Source: a virus
Taxonomy: Duplodnaviria > Caudoviricetes
IMG/VR virus record: IMGVR_UViG_3300049846_001081
Length of the DNA: 64,000 nt
Reading direction: 5' to 3' (one strand)
Shown here: piece after piece, positions 28,812 through 39,178 of the stretch
How the letters are laid out: each line of letters begins with the position of its first letter
How positions within the stretch are numbered: position 1 is the first letter of the stretch
The notes under the pieces: model-generated
What the model saw: the letters and a program-made list of their open reading frames with translations, nothing else
Databases searched by the model: none
What the model was told of the DNA's origin: nothing
Position numbers and translations under genes: made by a program

Positions 28812-29581
28812 TTAATGTTCTTGACTATTCCAGATTGAATTCAGAATTTATCAATGCAAAGCCTTTTCATCATGTTGTGATGGATAATTTCTTTGATGAA
28901 GAAACTGCATTAGCAATTAGTCATGAATTTCCAGATTATCATTCAGATGTTTGGTATGTTTACAACAATCCATTAGAAAAGAAAAGAGCATGTAATTCTT
29001 GGAATACATTTTCCAGGAATACTTATTCCATATTTTGTTATTTAAATTCACCAGAATTCATATCAAAGTTAAAGAAGATTACTGGAATTAAAAAACTTTA
29101 TCCAGACATTGGATTGCACGGTGGTGGTATGCACATTCATGGTCAAGGAGATAAGTTAAATGTGCATCTTGATTATTCCATTCATCCAAAACTTAAACTT
29201 CAAAGAAAGTTAAATCTTATCATTTACCTTGGGGAAAACTGGAACCCAGAATGGGGTGGGCAATTAGAATTTTGGTCGCCAGATAAAAAACAATGTGTGA
29301 CTTCAATTGATACATTGTTTAATCGTGCAGTCATCTTTGATACAACACAAAATTCTTATCACGGATTGCCAAGTCCTTTGAAATGCCCAGACAATTACTA
29401 TCGTAAAAGTATTGCAGTTTATTATCTTACGGAACCAGAAAGAAATTGCCCAACACATTCAAAGGCAATTTATATTCCAACAGAAGAGCAGAAAAACAAT
29501 CCAGAAATTCAGGAGATGATTCGGAAAAGAGCAAGTATATTAACAGTCAATCAAGTATACCAATCTCTACCTAATAAATAG
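28808..29581 (+). CDS. 2OG-Fe(II) oxygenase (P4H-like, Oxy_3 type)
   Basis: GGGMHIH..GDKLNVHLD, RKLNLIIYL, WGGQLEFW, FNRAVIF, SYHG, RKSIAVYY. Confidence 0.9.
   Translation: MINVLDYSRLNSEFINAKPFHHVVMDNFFDEETALAISHEFPDYHSDVWYVYNNPLEKKRACNSWNTFSRNTYSIFCYLNSPEFISKLKKITGIKKLYPDIGLHGGGMHIHGQGDKLNVHLDYSIHPKLKLQRKLNLIIYLGENWNPEWGGQLEFWSPDKKQCVTSIDTLFNRAVIFDTTQNSYHGLPSPLKCPDNYYRKSIAVYYLTEPERNCPTHSKAIYIPTEEQKNNPEIQEMIRKRASILTVNQVYQSLPNK
29574..29580 (+). promoter_or_regulatory. Late promoter
   Basis: ATAAATA at the end of the oxygenase gene, upstream of the first array gene. Confidence 0.6.
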
Positions 29582-29610
29582 AAAAAGCAACTAGACGTAT
29601 AATAGTCATA

Positions 29611-31317
29611 ATGTCTCAGACAAAAGTTCAACTAGTAGCACCAGTAGGAATTGTAACTGCATCTGGAGTTAATGTCAGTGGAACGATTACTGCTACTAGT
29701 TACTCGGGAAGTGGAGCAAACTTAACTGGAGTTGGTGTAGGTACAACTGCAAGCGTTAATACATCAGGTATTATAACGGCAGTAAGTTTTTTTGGTAATG
29801 GTGCAAATTTAAGTGGTGTTGGACTTGGATCAACTGCAAGTGCATCAACCACTGGTATCGTCACCGCATCAAAGTTTGTAGGAAGTGGTATAGGTTTAAC
29901 AAATATTGGTGGACCAATTGGTGCAATCATTTATAAACCAGCAGTTGGATCATCCAATGTTGGAGTAACCACAAATATTGAAATTACATTTAGTAAACCA
30001 ATTCAAGCGGGCGTAGGAACAATTACATTAAGAACTGGAAGTGCGTCAGGTACAATTGTTGAAAGTTTTGATGTCACATCCAGCAATCGTCTTACAATCA
30101 GCACTGCAAAACTTACAATTGACCCAACCAGTGATTTGAACGAAAGCACAACATACTATGTTGTATTACCATCAGGAGTGCTTAAGGATACTTATGTTGG
30201 TATTTCAAGTAATGTTTTAATTGATACCTATAGTTTTACAACACAAGCATTTAATTATGAACTGTTTATGTGGGGATATGGCAATTATGGACAATTAGGA
30301 CAAAATGATAGAACACCACGTTCATCACCAACACAAATACCAGGAACACAGTGGTCTTTTGTTGCGAATAGTTATTTACAAACAAATGCAATCAAAACTG
30401 ATGGTACATTATGGGTATGGGGATATGGCGCTTATGGCGCATTAGCACAAAATGATCAGGTAAATCGTTCATCACCAGTTCAACTTCCAGGAACGCAGTG
30501 GGAACAAATTACAGGTGGATATTTGCATAGCTTGGCAAAGAAATCCGATGGAACTTTATGGGCATGGGGTATTGGTCTATATGGACAACTTGGACAAAAT
30601 AATACAACATATTATTCATCACCAGTACAAATTCCAGGAACACAGTGGAATCAATTGTTTTCTAATGGATATGCAGCAAACTTTAGCATTGCAAGCAAAA
30701 CTGATGGTACATTATGGGCATGGGGATATGGCGCTACTGGAAGATTGGGATTAAATAATACCATAGACCGTTCATCACCAGTACAACTCCCAGGAACACA
30801 ATGGAATACTACAAACAAATATTCAATATCTATTGGAAATGGTCATGTTCTTGCATTAAAAACTGATGGAACATTATGGTCATGGGGTTATAGTTCTTAT
30901 GGTGTTTTGGGTTTAAATAATCAAGTACAGTACTCATCGCCAATTCAAATTCCAGGAACACAATGGAGTGAGTGTAATGCAGGCGGTTATGGTAGCATGG
31001 CAATCAAATCTGATGGAACATTATGGGTGTGGGGAAGAAATGATTATGGTCAAGTGGGCATTAATGATGTAATACCACGTTCATCACCAATTCAAATCCC
31101 AGGAACACAGTGGACTAAACCAAATTCCGGAAATATCAGTTCAAGATCTCTAAAAACTGATGGAACTTTATGGATGTGGGGATATAATAATTTCGGAACA
31201 TTAGGACAAAATGACTTAACACATTATTCATCACCAAGACAAATTCCAGGAACACAATGGTATTTTGAATCAGGAGAAGTTTATGAATCATTTGCAATCA
31301 AACAAATCATACCATAA
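29611..31317 (+). CDS. Fibre-Ig-RCC1 propeller protein, type A N-terminus (MSQTKVQL)
   Basis: GIITAxxFxG fibre repeats, SbsA/Big_5-like Ig domain (NIEITFSKPI..GTITLRTGSA..TYYVVLP), seven PGTQW blades. Confidence 0.85.
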   Translation: MSQTKVQLVAPVGIVTASGVNVSGTITATSYSGSGANLTGVGVGTTASVNTSGIITAVSFFGNGANLSGVGLGSTASASTTGIVTASKFVGSGIGLTNIGGPIGAIIYKPAVGSSNVGVTTNIEITFSKPIQAGVGTITLRTGSASGTIVESFDVTSSNRLTISTAKLTIDPTSDLNESTTYYVVLPSGVLKDTYVGISSNVLIDTYSFTTQAFNYELFMWGYGNYGQLGQNDRTPRSSPTQIPGTQWSFVANSYLQTNAIKTDGTLWVWGYGAYGALAQNDQVNRSSPVQLPGTQWEQITGGYLHSLAKKSDGTLWAWGIGLYGQLGQNNTTYYSSPVQIPGTQWNQLFSNGYAANFSIASKTDGTLWAWGYGATGRLGLNNTIDRSSPVQLPGTQWNTTNKYSISIGNGHVLALKTDGTLWSWGYSSYGVLGLNNQVQYSSPIQIPGTQWSECNAGGYGSMAIKSDGTLWVWGRNDYGQVGINDVIPRSSPIQIPGTQWTKPNSGNISSRSLKTDGTLWMWGYNNFGTLGQNDLTHYSSPRQIPGTQWYFESGEVYESFAIKQIIP

Positions 31318-31330
31318 ATACCTAAAAAAC
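31314..31330 (+). promoter_or_regulatory. Late promoter within conserved intergenic element
   Basis: ATAAATACCTAAAAAAC. Confidence 0.75.
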
Positions 31331-31334
31331 GATA

Positions 31335-33518
31335 ATGGCTTTAAACTTTCCTGATAGTCCTGCATTAAATGAACTATATACTGACCCAACCACAGGATTT
31401 ACATATCAGTGGAATGGAGAAGTTTGGAAAAGTGCTGTATTATCAAATCCAGATTCTATTAAAGAACTTACGGATATCTCAGCATCATTTAATGGAAGTA
31501 CTCAAACATTTGCACTGAGTATTTCTGGTGCTTCAGTTACGCCAGTCAATGCACAACAACTTATCATTAATCTTGGTGGTGTCATTCAAAATGCAGGAAC
31601 TGATTATACCGTATCAGGAAGTAATATTACCTTTACAACAGCACCAGCATCAGGTCTTTCATTCACTGGATTGTTTGTTGGTTCTGCAATTTCATTAAAT
31701 TCTGTTGCAAGTAATTCAGTAGAACCACAAGACCTTACAACTGGTGGACCCACATGGAATACTGCTGGTGGTGTTAGAATTTCTGGTGTTGCAACAATTT
31801 CTAATACTGGTTCTGCAACTACTGCATTATATGTTGCTGGTGGTGCAAGAATCACTGGTATTCTGACTGTTGGTTCATCAAGTGTTACGATTGATGGAAC
31901 AAATGATTCTATTAAAGTCGGTACTGGTCTTACTGTTAATGCATCGGGAATTACTGCAGGTATAATTACAGCAACTACTTTCTATGGTGATGGAAGTAGT
32001 CTTGCTGGTGTTGGTGTAGGCACAACCGCAAGTATCAATACAACAGGAATTATTACTGCATCATATTTCTATGGAAGTGGTATAGGTATTACAAATGCTG
32101 GTCCTTTAGGTAGAATTTCACCTATCACTTACTCTCCTGGTATTGGTCAAACAAACGTAGGACTTACAACTAATATTGTCATCACATTCAATAAACCATT
32201 AGTTGCATCTTCTGGAACGATTACTTTAAGAACTGATAGTGCTACTGGTGCAATTATTGAAAGCTTTGATGTTGGTACTAGTTCTTCTATTAGTATCAGT
32301 GGTGGTGTTTTGACTGTGAATCCAACTAGTGATTTGGTTGGTTTCACAACTTATTTCCTTGTAGTGCCAGAAGGATGTTATAAAGATAAGTTAAACAGTA
32401 GCACGAATGCTGGTATTACAACTTATAGTTTTACTACACAGCAGTTGAATTTTACTTTATTTGCTGTTGGTGATGGTCAATATGGCCAATTAGATAATAA
32501 CATATCTGATACGACAGGTCATCGTTCATCACCAGTACAAATTCCAGGAACTCAATGGGGCACAGTTAATTTTGATTATATATTCAGTGCTGCATTGAAA
32601 ACTGATGGGACTTTATGGACTTGGGGAAATAATGTTGAAGGACAACTAGGTCATAACAGTCAAGGTATTGATCGTTCATCACCAACACAGGTTCCAGGAA
32701 CACAATGGAATAAATTATCAACTGATCAATATCATGTTTTTGCAATTAAAAATGATGGAACTTTGTGGGGTATTGGTGGCAGAAATCAAGTAGGAGAATT
32801 GGGGCAAAACTTTACTGGATCACGTTCTTCACCGGTCCAAATTCCAGGAACACAATGGTCTGAAATTTCGGGGCAATTAAATAGTGAAGTCGCTCTTAAA
32901 ACTGATGGAACGTTGTGGTCATGGGGAATTGGATCTAATGGGTGCTTAGCACAAAATAATACAACACAATATTCGTCACCAAGACAAATTCCAGGAACAC
33001 AGTGGACAAATATTTACTCAGGAAATCTTGGATCAGTAGCAAAAAAAACTGATGGAACTTTTTGGATATGGGGAGCAAATCAATATGGACAATTGGGATT
33101 AAATGATCAAGTAAATCGTTCATCACCAATACAACTTCCGGGAACACAATGGAGTGCTTTTTCTTTAGGTTATACATCTGCACTGGGAGTTAAAACTGAT
33201 GGAACTTTATGGGCATGGGGATATAACACAAATTATGGCGCATTAGGTTTAAATGATGTAGTTCACAGATCATCGCCAACACAAATTCCAGGAACACAAT
33301 GGAATAAAGTAAATGCTCATTATTATAGATCATATGCAACAAAAACAGATAATACTTTATGGGCATGGGGATACAATAATCGTGGGCAATTGGGACAAAA
33401 TGATGTTGTATCATATTCATCTCCAAGACAAATTCCAGGGACTCAATGGGTAGATCCATTTGCAAAAACACCTTACGCTGGATTTCATAACCATGCTTTG
33501 TTTATAAAGAATGAATAA
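31335..33518 (+). CDS. Fibre-Ig-RCC1 propeller protein, type B N-terminus (MALNFPDSP)
   Basis: NFPDSP..TYQWNG..FNGSTQTF..GGVIQ..DYT N-terminal module, Ig domain, seven blades. Confidence 0.85.
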   Translation: MALNFPDSPALNELYTDPTTGFTYQWNGEVWKSAVLSNPDSIKELTDISASFNGSTQTFALSISGASVTPVNAQQLIINLGGVIQNAGTDYTVSGSNITFTTAPASGLSFTGLFVGSAISLNSVASNSVEPQDLTTGGPTWNTAGGVRISGVATISNTGSATTALYVAGGARITGILTVGSSSVTIDGTNDSIKVGTGLTVNASGITAGIITATTFYGDGSSLAGVGVGTTASINTTGIITASYFYGSGIGITNAGPLGRISPITYSPGIGQTNVGLTTNIVITFNKPLVASSGTITLRTDSATGAIIESFDVGTSSSISISGGVLTVNPTSDLVGFTTYFLVVPEGCYKDKLNSSTNAGITTYSFTTQQLNFTLFAVGDGQYGQLDNNISDTTGHRSSPVQIPGTQWGTVNFDYIFSAALKTDGTLWTWGNNVEGQLGHNSQGIDRSSPTQVPGTQWNKLSTDQYHVFAIKNDGTLWGIGGRNQVGELGQNFTGSRSSPVQIPGTQWSEISGQLNSEVALKTDGTLWSWGIGSNGCLAQNNTTQYSSPRQIPGTQWTNIYSGNLGSVAKKTDGTFWIWGANQYGQLGLNDQVNRSSPIQLPGTQWSAFSLGYTSALGVKTDGTLWAWGYNTNYGALGLNDVVHRSSPTQIPGTQWNKVNAHYYRSYATKTDNTLWAWGYNNRGQLGQNDVVSYSSPRQIPGTQWVDPFAKTPYAGFHNHALFIKNE

Positions 33519-33523
33519 ATTGG

Positions 33524-33540
33524 ATAAATACCTAAAAAAC
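33524..33540 (+). promoter_or_regulatory. Late promoter within conserved intergenic element
   Basis: ATAAATACCTAAAAAAC. Confidence 0.75.
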
Positions 33541-33544
33541 GATA

Positions 33545-35716
33545 ATGGCAATAAATTTTCCTGATAGTCCTTCATTAAACGATATTTTCACTGATGAAAC
33601 TTCTGGGTTTACATATCAGTGGGATGGTGAAGTATGGAAAAGTTATGTTGACCCAACGATTGGAAACGTCACAAAGTTAGATGACATCAGTGGTTCATTT
33701 AATGGAATAACATCATCATTTGCACTGACTGTAAACAGTAGTCCTGCAACTGCAGATTTAGATCCAGCAAAAATTATCTTAAGTTTGGGTGGTGTTGTAC
33801 AAAATCCAGTACAAGATTACACAATCAGTGGCACAACCCTTACATTTACAACAGCACCAGCAGTTGGTCTTTCGTTTTTTGCATCATTTTATGAAACTGG
33901 CATCAATAAAAATTATATTTCTTCTAATACAATTTCTCCATCAAATCTTACCACTGGTGGATTTTCTTGGAACACTGGTGGTGACTTATATATCAGTGGT
34001 GTTTCTACAGTCTCTAATACTGGAACCGCAACTACAGCACTTTATGTTTCTGGAAATGCTAGAGTTGCAGGTATTCTAACGGTAGGATCTTCTAGTATTA
34101 CAATTGATGGAACAAATAATAGAATTACAGGCACAGGAATTACAATCAGCAGTGGTGGTATTGTAGGTGTTGCAATTACTGCGACTAGTTATTTTGGTGA
34201 TGGAGTAAATCTTGTTGGTGCGGGAATAGGTACACAAACAAGCATTAACACATCGGGTATCATTACTGCATCTAAGTTTTCTGGTGATGCAACATATATC
34301 ACTGATGTTGGTGGAATTTTAGATGCGATTGTTTATAGTCCAGGTGTTGGAGTTACTAATGTATCTCTTACATCAAATATTATTCTTACATTTAATAAAC
34401 CAATCAAAGCCAACACTGGTACAATTACATTAAGAACTGGCAGTGCATCAGGTACTATTGTAGAGAGTTATGATATTACATCAAGTAGTAATTTAACAAT
34501 CAGTGGTGCAAAGTTAACAATTGACCCAACTAGTTCTTTAAGTGGATTCACAACTTATTTTGTTGTTGTACCAGCAGGAACTGTTAAAGATTTGTATAAC
34601 ACTGGAAGTAGTGCAGTAATTGATGATTATAGTTTTATAACCACACAACCAAATTTTCAATTATTCGCTTGGGCAAGCAATAATGCTGGTCAATTGGGTC
34701 AAAACAGTACAACATATTATTCATCACCAATACAAATTCCAGGAACACAGTGGAATCAGATTAGTGCAGGTGATGGTCAAGCTTCATATGGAATAAAAAG
34801 TGACAATACTTTGTGGTCATGGGGATATAATCAGTATGGAGATTTAGGTCAAAATAATAAAACAAATTATTCCTCACCAATACAAATTCCAGGAACACAG
34901 TGGTCTTACATAGAAGGAGGAGCTAATCATGCACTTGCGACAAAAACTGATGGAACTTTGTGGGTATGGGGTGCTAATATTAATGGAAGATTAGGTCAAA
35001 ATTCACTCAATGATCACAAATCATCACCAGTGCAAGTTCCAGGAACACAGTGGAAAACAGTGAGAGGTGGAGTGTCTGGGGGGAGTTTTCAATCATTAGC
35101 AATCAAAACTGATGGAACACTATGGGCATGGGGAAGAAATCAACAAGGAAATCTTGGACAAAATAATATTGTAGATGCATCATCACCAGTTCAAATTCCT
35201 GGCACTCAATGGAGTTACGCAGATAGTGGACTTCAACAATCATTCGCACTTAAAACTGATGGAACATTATGGGTATGGGGATATAATCACAGAGGTCAAA
35301 TAGGAGATAACTCCACTATTAATAAGTCATCACCAACACAACTTCCAGGAACATCATGGAATTCTGTTAGTTGTGCATATCTTCAAGGTTATGCAATTAA
35401 AACTGACGGAACATTATGGTCTTGGGGATTTAATTATGGTGGAGGTCTTGGATTAAATCAACCCGGAGGATTTGCTACAGATGTATCCTCACCAACACAA
35501 ATCCCAGGAACACAATGGAAGGGTGTTGATGGAGGATTGTATAGATTCCTTGCAACCAAAACGGATAATACACTCTGGGCAGCAGGAAGAAGTTATGGTG
35601 GAAACAATGGACAGAATAATGCGATTGATTATTCATCACCAATTCAAGTTCCAGGAACACAGTGGTCTTCCGTAAGTAATGGAAATAATCAATCATTGGC
35701 AATCAAACAAACATAA
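33545..35716 (+). CDS. Fibre-Ig-RCC1 propeller protein, type B
   Basis: MAINFPDSP N-terminus, Ig domain, seven blades. Confidence 0.85.
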   Translation: MAINFPDSPSLNDIFTDETSGFTYQWDGEVWKSYVDPTIGNVTKLDDISGSFNGITSSFALTVNSSPATADLDPAKIILSLGGVVQNPVQDYTISGTTLTFTTAPAVGLSFFASFYETGINKNYISSNTISPSNLTTGGFSWNTGGDLYISGVSTVSNTGTATTALYVSGNARVAGILTVGSSSITIDGTNNRITGTGITISSGGIVGVAITATSYFGDGVNLVGAGIGTQTSINTSGIITASKFSGDATYITDVGGILDAIVYSPGVGVTNVSLTSNIILTFNKPIKANTGTITLRTGSASGTIVESYDITSSSNLTISGAKLTIDPTSSLSGFTTYFVVVPAGTVKDLYNTGSSAVIDDYSFITTQPNFQLFAWASNNAGQLGQNSTTYYSSPIQIPGTQWNQISAGDGQASYGIKSDNTLWSWGYNQYGDLGQNNKTNYSSPIQIPGTQWSYIEGGANHALATKTDGTLWVWGANINGRLGQNSLNDHKSSPVQVPGTQWKTVRGGVSGGSFQSLAIKTDGTLWAWGRNQQGNLGQNNIVDASSPVQIPGTQWSYADSGLQQSFALKTDGTLWVWGYNHRGQIGDNSTINKSSPTQLPGTSWNSVSCAYLQGYAIKTDGTLWSWGFNYGGGLGLNQPGGFATDVSSPTQIPGTQWKGVDGGLYRFLATKTDNTLWAAGRSYGGNNGQNNAIDYSSPIQVPGTQWSSVSNGNNQSLAIKQT

Positions 35717-35732
35717 TAAATACCTAAAAAAC
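35716..35732 (+). promoter_or_regulatory. Late promoter within conserved intergenic element
   Basis: ATAAATACCTAAAAAAC. Confidence 0.75.
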
Positions 35733-35733
35733 G

Positions 35734-37452
35734 ATGAGCCAAAATAAAGCACAACTTATTGCGCCAGTTGGAATATTTACTGCATCAGGTATTAATGCAA
35801 CTGGTGTAGTAACTGCTTCTAGTTTTATTGGTGATGGTTCACAACTTCAGGGTGTAGGTATTGGAACTACTGGAAGTGTTAACTCTTCTGGTATTATCAC
35901 TGCATCTGCTTTTTATGGGGATGGTTCAAATCTTACTGGTATCACACTTTTAGGTCCAACAAATAGTTTAAACACATCAGGTATCATCACTGCAGGGAGT
36001 TTTTATGGTGATGGTGTTGGTATTACAAATATTGGTGGTCCATTAGATGCAATTTCTTATTCTCCAGCAATTGGATCAACAAATATATCTTTAACAACAA
36101 ATATCGTCATTACATTTAATAAACCCATTGCTGGATCAGCCGCAACAGCAGGTATTGCATCAGTTACATTAAGAACTGGAAGTGCATCAGGAACTATTGT
36201 AGAAACTTTTGATGTTGCAACGAGTACTGCTTTAAGTATTAGTGGTGGTGTATTGACAATTGACCCAACTAGTTCTTTAAGTGGATTCACAACTTATTTT
36301 GTTGTTGTACCAGCGGGAACATTTGAAGATACTTTGGATAGTAGTAGTAATGTTGGTATTACAACTTATAGTTTTACAACGATACAACCAAATTATGAGT
36401 TGTATTCATCTGGGGTGAACTCGTATGGACAGTTAGGTACTGGTGATGCAATACCACGTTCATCACCAGTGCAAATTCCAGGAACACAATGGAAATCAAT
36501 CAACAATGGATATTATGATGTAACTTCCGTAAAAACTGATGGAACATTGTGGGCATGGGGTTATAATGGAACTGGAGGATTAGGATTAAATGATGTAGTA
36601 CATCGTTCATCACCTGTACAAGTTCCAGGAACACAGTGGGCATGGGTTGTAATGGGTTATCAACCTACAATGGCAACCAAAACTAATGGAACTTTATGGT
36701 CATGGGGTTATAATTTATACGGACAACTAGGACAAAATAGTATAATAAATCGTTCATCACCAATTCAAATTCCAGGTACGCAGTGGGATTATTCTGACAG
36801 AAAAAAAATATCTATGGGAGACTATGCCATTTTTTCTCCAATGGCATTAAAAACTGATGGTACATTATGGACATGGGGTTATAATTACCATGGACAATTG
36901 GGTCAAAATAATGTAGTAAATTATTCATCACCAGTTCAAGTTCCGGGAACACAATGGTCAAAAGTATCGTCTGGGGGAGCAAATTTTGCACTTAAAAGCG
37001 ATGGAACATTATGGACATCCGGAATTAATGCCAGTGGATCATTGGGTCAAAATAATAAAGTATATTATTCATCACCAGTTCAAATTCCAGGAACACAATG
37101 GAATGATGTTGATGCTAATAGATATGCTGTCATGGCAACAAAAACCGATGGAACTCTATGGTCATGGGGAAGAAATCCTGTAGGTCAATTGGGTCAAAAT
37201 AATTTAACCAGATATTCTTCTCCTGTACAAATTCCAGGAACACAATGGGCATCATTCTCACAAAACTACTATAGTGCTAATGCAACAAAAACTGATGGAA
37301 CTTTATGGGCATGGGGAGCCAATTCTAATGGTGAGTTGGGTCAAAATAATATAACATATTATTCTTCACCAGTTCAAATTCCAGGAACTCAGTGGAAATA
37401 TTCAGCAGATTCTGGAACACTTTATACTTTATTTGTTATTAAGGAATCATAA
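35734..37452 (+). CDS. Fibre-Ig-RCC1 propeller protein, type A
   Basis: MSQNKAQL N-terminus, Ig domain, seven blades. Confidence 0.85.
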   Translation: MSQNKAQLIAPVGIFTASGINATGVVTASSFIGDGSQLQGVGIGTTGSVNSSGIITASAFYGDGSNLTGITLLGPTNSLNTSGIITAGSFYGDGVGITNIGGPLDAISYSPAIGSTNISLTTNIVITFNKPIAGSAATAGIASVTLRTGSASGTIVETFDVATSTALSISGGVLTIDPTSSLSGFTTYFVVVPAGTFEDTLDSSSNVGITTYSFTTIQPNYELYSSGVNSYGQLGTGDAIPRSSPVQIPGTQWKSINNGYYDVTSVKTDGTLWAWGYNGTGGLGLNDVVHRSSPVQVPGTQWAWVVMGYQPTMATKTNGTLWSWGYNLYGQLGQNSIINRSSPIQIPGTQWDYSDRKKISMGDYAIFSPMALKTDGTLWTWGYNYHGQLGQNNVVNYSSPVQVPGTQWSKVSSGGANFALKSDGTLWTSGINASGSLGQNNKVYYSSPVQIPGTQWNDVDANRYAVMATKTDGTLWSWGRNPVGQLGQNNLTRYSSPVQIPGTQWASFSQNYYSANATKTDGTLWAWGANSNGELGQNNITYYSSPVQIPGTQWKYSADSGTLYTLFVIKES

Positions 37453-37465
37453 ATATCTAAAAAAC
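37449..37465 (+). promoter_or_regulatory. Late promoter within conserved intergenic element
   Basis: ATAAATATCTAAAAAAC. Confidence 0.75.
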
Positions 37466-37466
37466 C

Positions 37467-39161
37467 ATGAGTCAATCTAAAGCACAACTTACAAACCCAT
37501 TAGGAACTGTAGATCTCAGTGGTTTAAATGCAACTGGTGTGGTTACTGCTACAACATTTAAAGGTGATGGAACTGCTTTAACTGGTATTGCACTCACGGG
37601 AAATATCAATACAACAGGTATCATTACCGCAGGTAAATTTTATGGTAGTGGAGCAAACCTAACTGGCGTTGGATTAGGAACACAAAGTAGCATTAATACT
37701 ACGGGAATTATCACCGCAGGTAAGTTCTATGGTGATGGTTCAGGGTTGACTAATATTGGTGGTGCTTTTACAGTCTTAACTTATCAACCAAATATTAGTT
37801 CAACAAATGTAGGATTAACAACAAATATTATTCTCACATTTAATAAACCAATTAAGAAAGGAACTGGTACAATCACCTTAAGAACTGGTAGTGCATCAGG
37901 TACGGTTGTAGAGAGTTATGATGTATCTACCAGTAGTAATTTAAGTATCAATGGTGGTGTATTAACGATTGATCCTACTTCTTCTTTAAGTGGATTAACA
38001 ACTTATTTTGTTGTTGTACCAGCAGGAACTGTTAAAGATGTATATAGCGTGGACAATAATAGTTTAATTGATACTTATAGTTTTACCACACAACAGTTGA
38101 ATTTTGAATTATGGGCATGGGGATTTAATGCATACGGAAACCTGGGTCAAAATAATTACACACAATATTCATCACCAAGACAAATTCCAGGAACACAATG
38201 GACTAAAGTTTCTTATGATTACATTGGCCCAGTTTTGGCAACAAAAACTGATGGAACTTTATTTGCCTGGGGAAATAATGGTAGTGGTGAATTGGGTCAA
38301 AATGATGTAACGCCACAATTATCTCCTGTACAGATTCCAGGAACACAATGGAATAATATTTGTGCAGGATATAATACAGGACTAGCAACAAAAACTGATG
38401 GAACTTTGTGGGTATGGGGAAATAATGGTAATGGTAATTTGGGACTTAATAATGTAGTAGCACGTTCATCGCCAGTTCAAATTCCGGGAACACAATGGGA
38501 ATATGTTCAAGGTTCAGATTACAGTGCCAGCACTATAGCAACAAAAACGGACGGGACTTTATGGGTTTGGGGAGATAATGGTGCCGGAAAGTTAGGTCAA
38601 AATAACTTAACACAATATTCATCACCAATTCAAGTTCCAGGAACACAATGGAATGGAGCATACATGAATATTGCGTATCCTACATATGTTGGCAAAACTG
38701 ATGGAACTTTGTGGGCGTGGGGATATAATTCTGATGGCCAATTAGGACAAAACAACATAATACCACGTTCATCACCAGTGCAAATTCCAGGAACACAATG
38801 GACAGGTGATATTGGTACTGGGTATATTCATGTACTTGCAGTAAAAGGTGATGGAACATTATGGTCATGGGGATATAATGGTAGTTCAAGATTAGGTGAT
38901 GGAACAACAACATCACGTTCATCACCAGTGCAAATTCCAGGAACACAGTGGAGTAAAGTTGAAGGTGGATACAATCATAGTGCTGCATTAAAAAATGATG
39001 GAACTTTTTGGGCATGGGGCGAAAATACCTATGGTCAGGCGGGAAAAAATAATACTACAGCATCAACAACACCAGTTCAAGGTGCAACGAATGCAAGTGG
39101 ATTTATTGATATTGCAGGAAGAATTTATAGTGCGTTGGCAATCAAACAAGTAGCACCATAA
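37467..39161 (+). CDS. Fibre-Ig-RCC1 propeller protein, type A
   Basis: MSQSKAQL N-terminus, Ig domain, six PGTQW blades plus one divergent last blade. Confidence 0.85.
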   Translation: MSQSKAQLTNPLGTVDLSGLNATGVVTATTFKGDGTALTGIALTGNINTTGIITAGKFYGSGANLTGVGLGTQSSINTTGIITAGKFYGDGSGLTNIGGAFTVLTYQPNISSTNVGLTTNIILTFNKPIKKGTGTITLRTGSASGTVVESYDVSTSSNLSINGGVLTIDPTSSLSGLTTYFVVVPAGTVKDVYSVDNNSLIDTYSFTTQQLNFELWAWGFNAYGNLGQNNYTQYSSPRQIPGTQWTKVSYDYIGPVLATKTDGTLFAWGNNGSGELGQNDVTPQLSPVQIPGTQWNNICAGYNTGLATKTDGTLWVWGNNGNGNLGLNNVVARSSPVQIPGTQWEYVQGSDYSASTIATKTDGTLWVWGDNGAGKLGQNNLTQYSSPIQVPGTQWNGAYMNIAYPTYVGKTDGTLWAWGYNSDGQLGQNNIIPRSSPVQIPGTQWTGDIGTGYIHVLAVKGDGTLWSWGYNGSSRLGDGTTTSRSSPVQIPGTQWSKVEGGYNHSAALKNDGTFWAWGENTYGQAGKNNTTASTTPVQGATNASGFIDIAGRIYSALAIKQVAP

Positions 39162-39174
39162 ATATCTAAAAAAC
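39158..39174 (+). promoter_or_regulatory. Late promoter within conserved intergenic element
   Basis: ATAAATATCTAAAAAAC. Confidence 0.75.
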
Positions 39175-39178
39175 GATA

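Noticed and set aside
15549-29581. TET/JBP-type DNA hydroxylase plus glucosyltransferase system
   Set aside because: The oxygenases show P4H-, PLOD-, TIGR02466- and DUF6445-like patterns rather than TET/JBP motifs, and no cytosine methyltransferase is adjacent. It is kept only as an alternative hypothesis.
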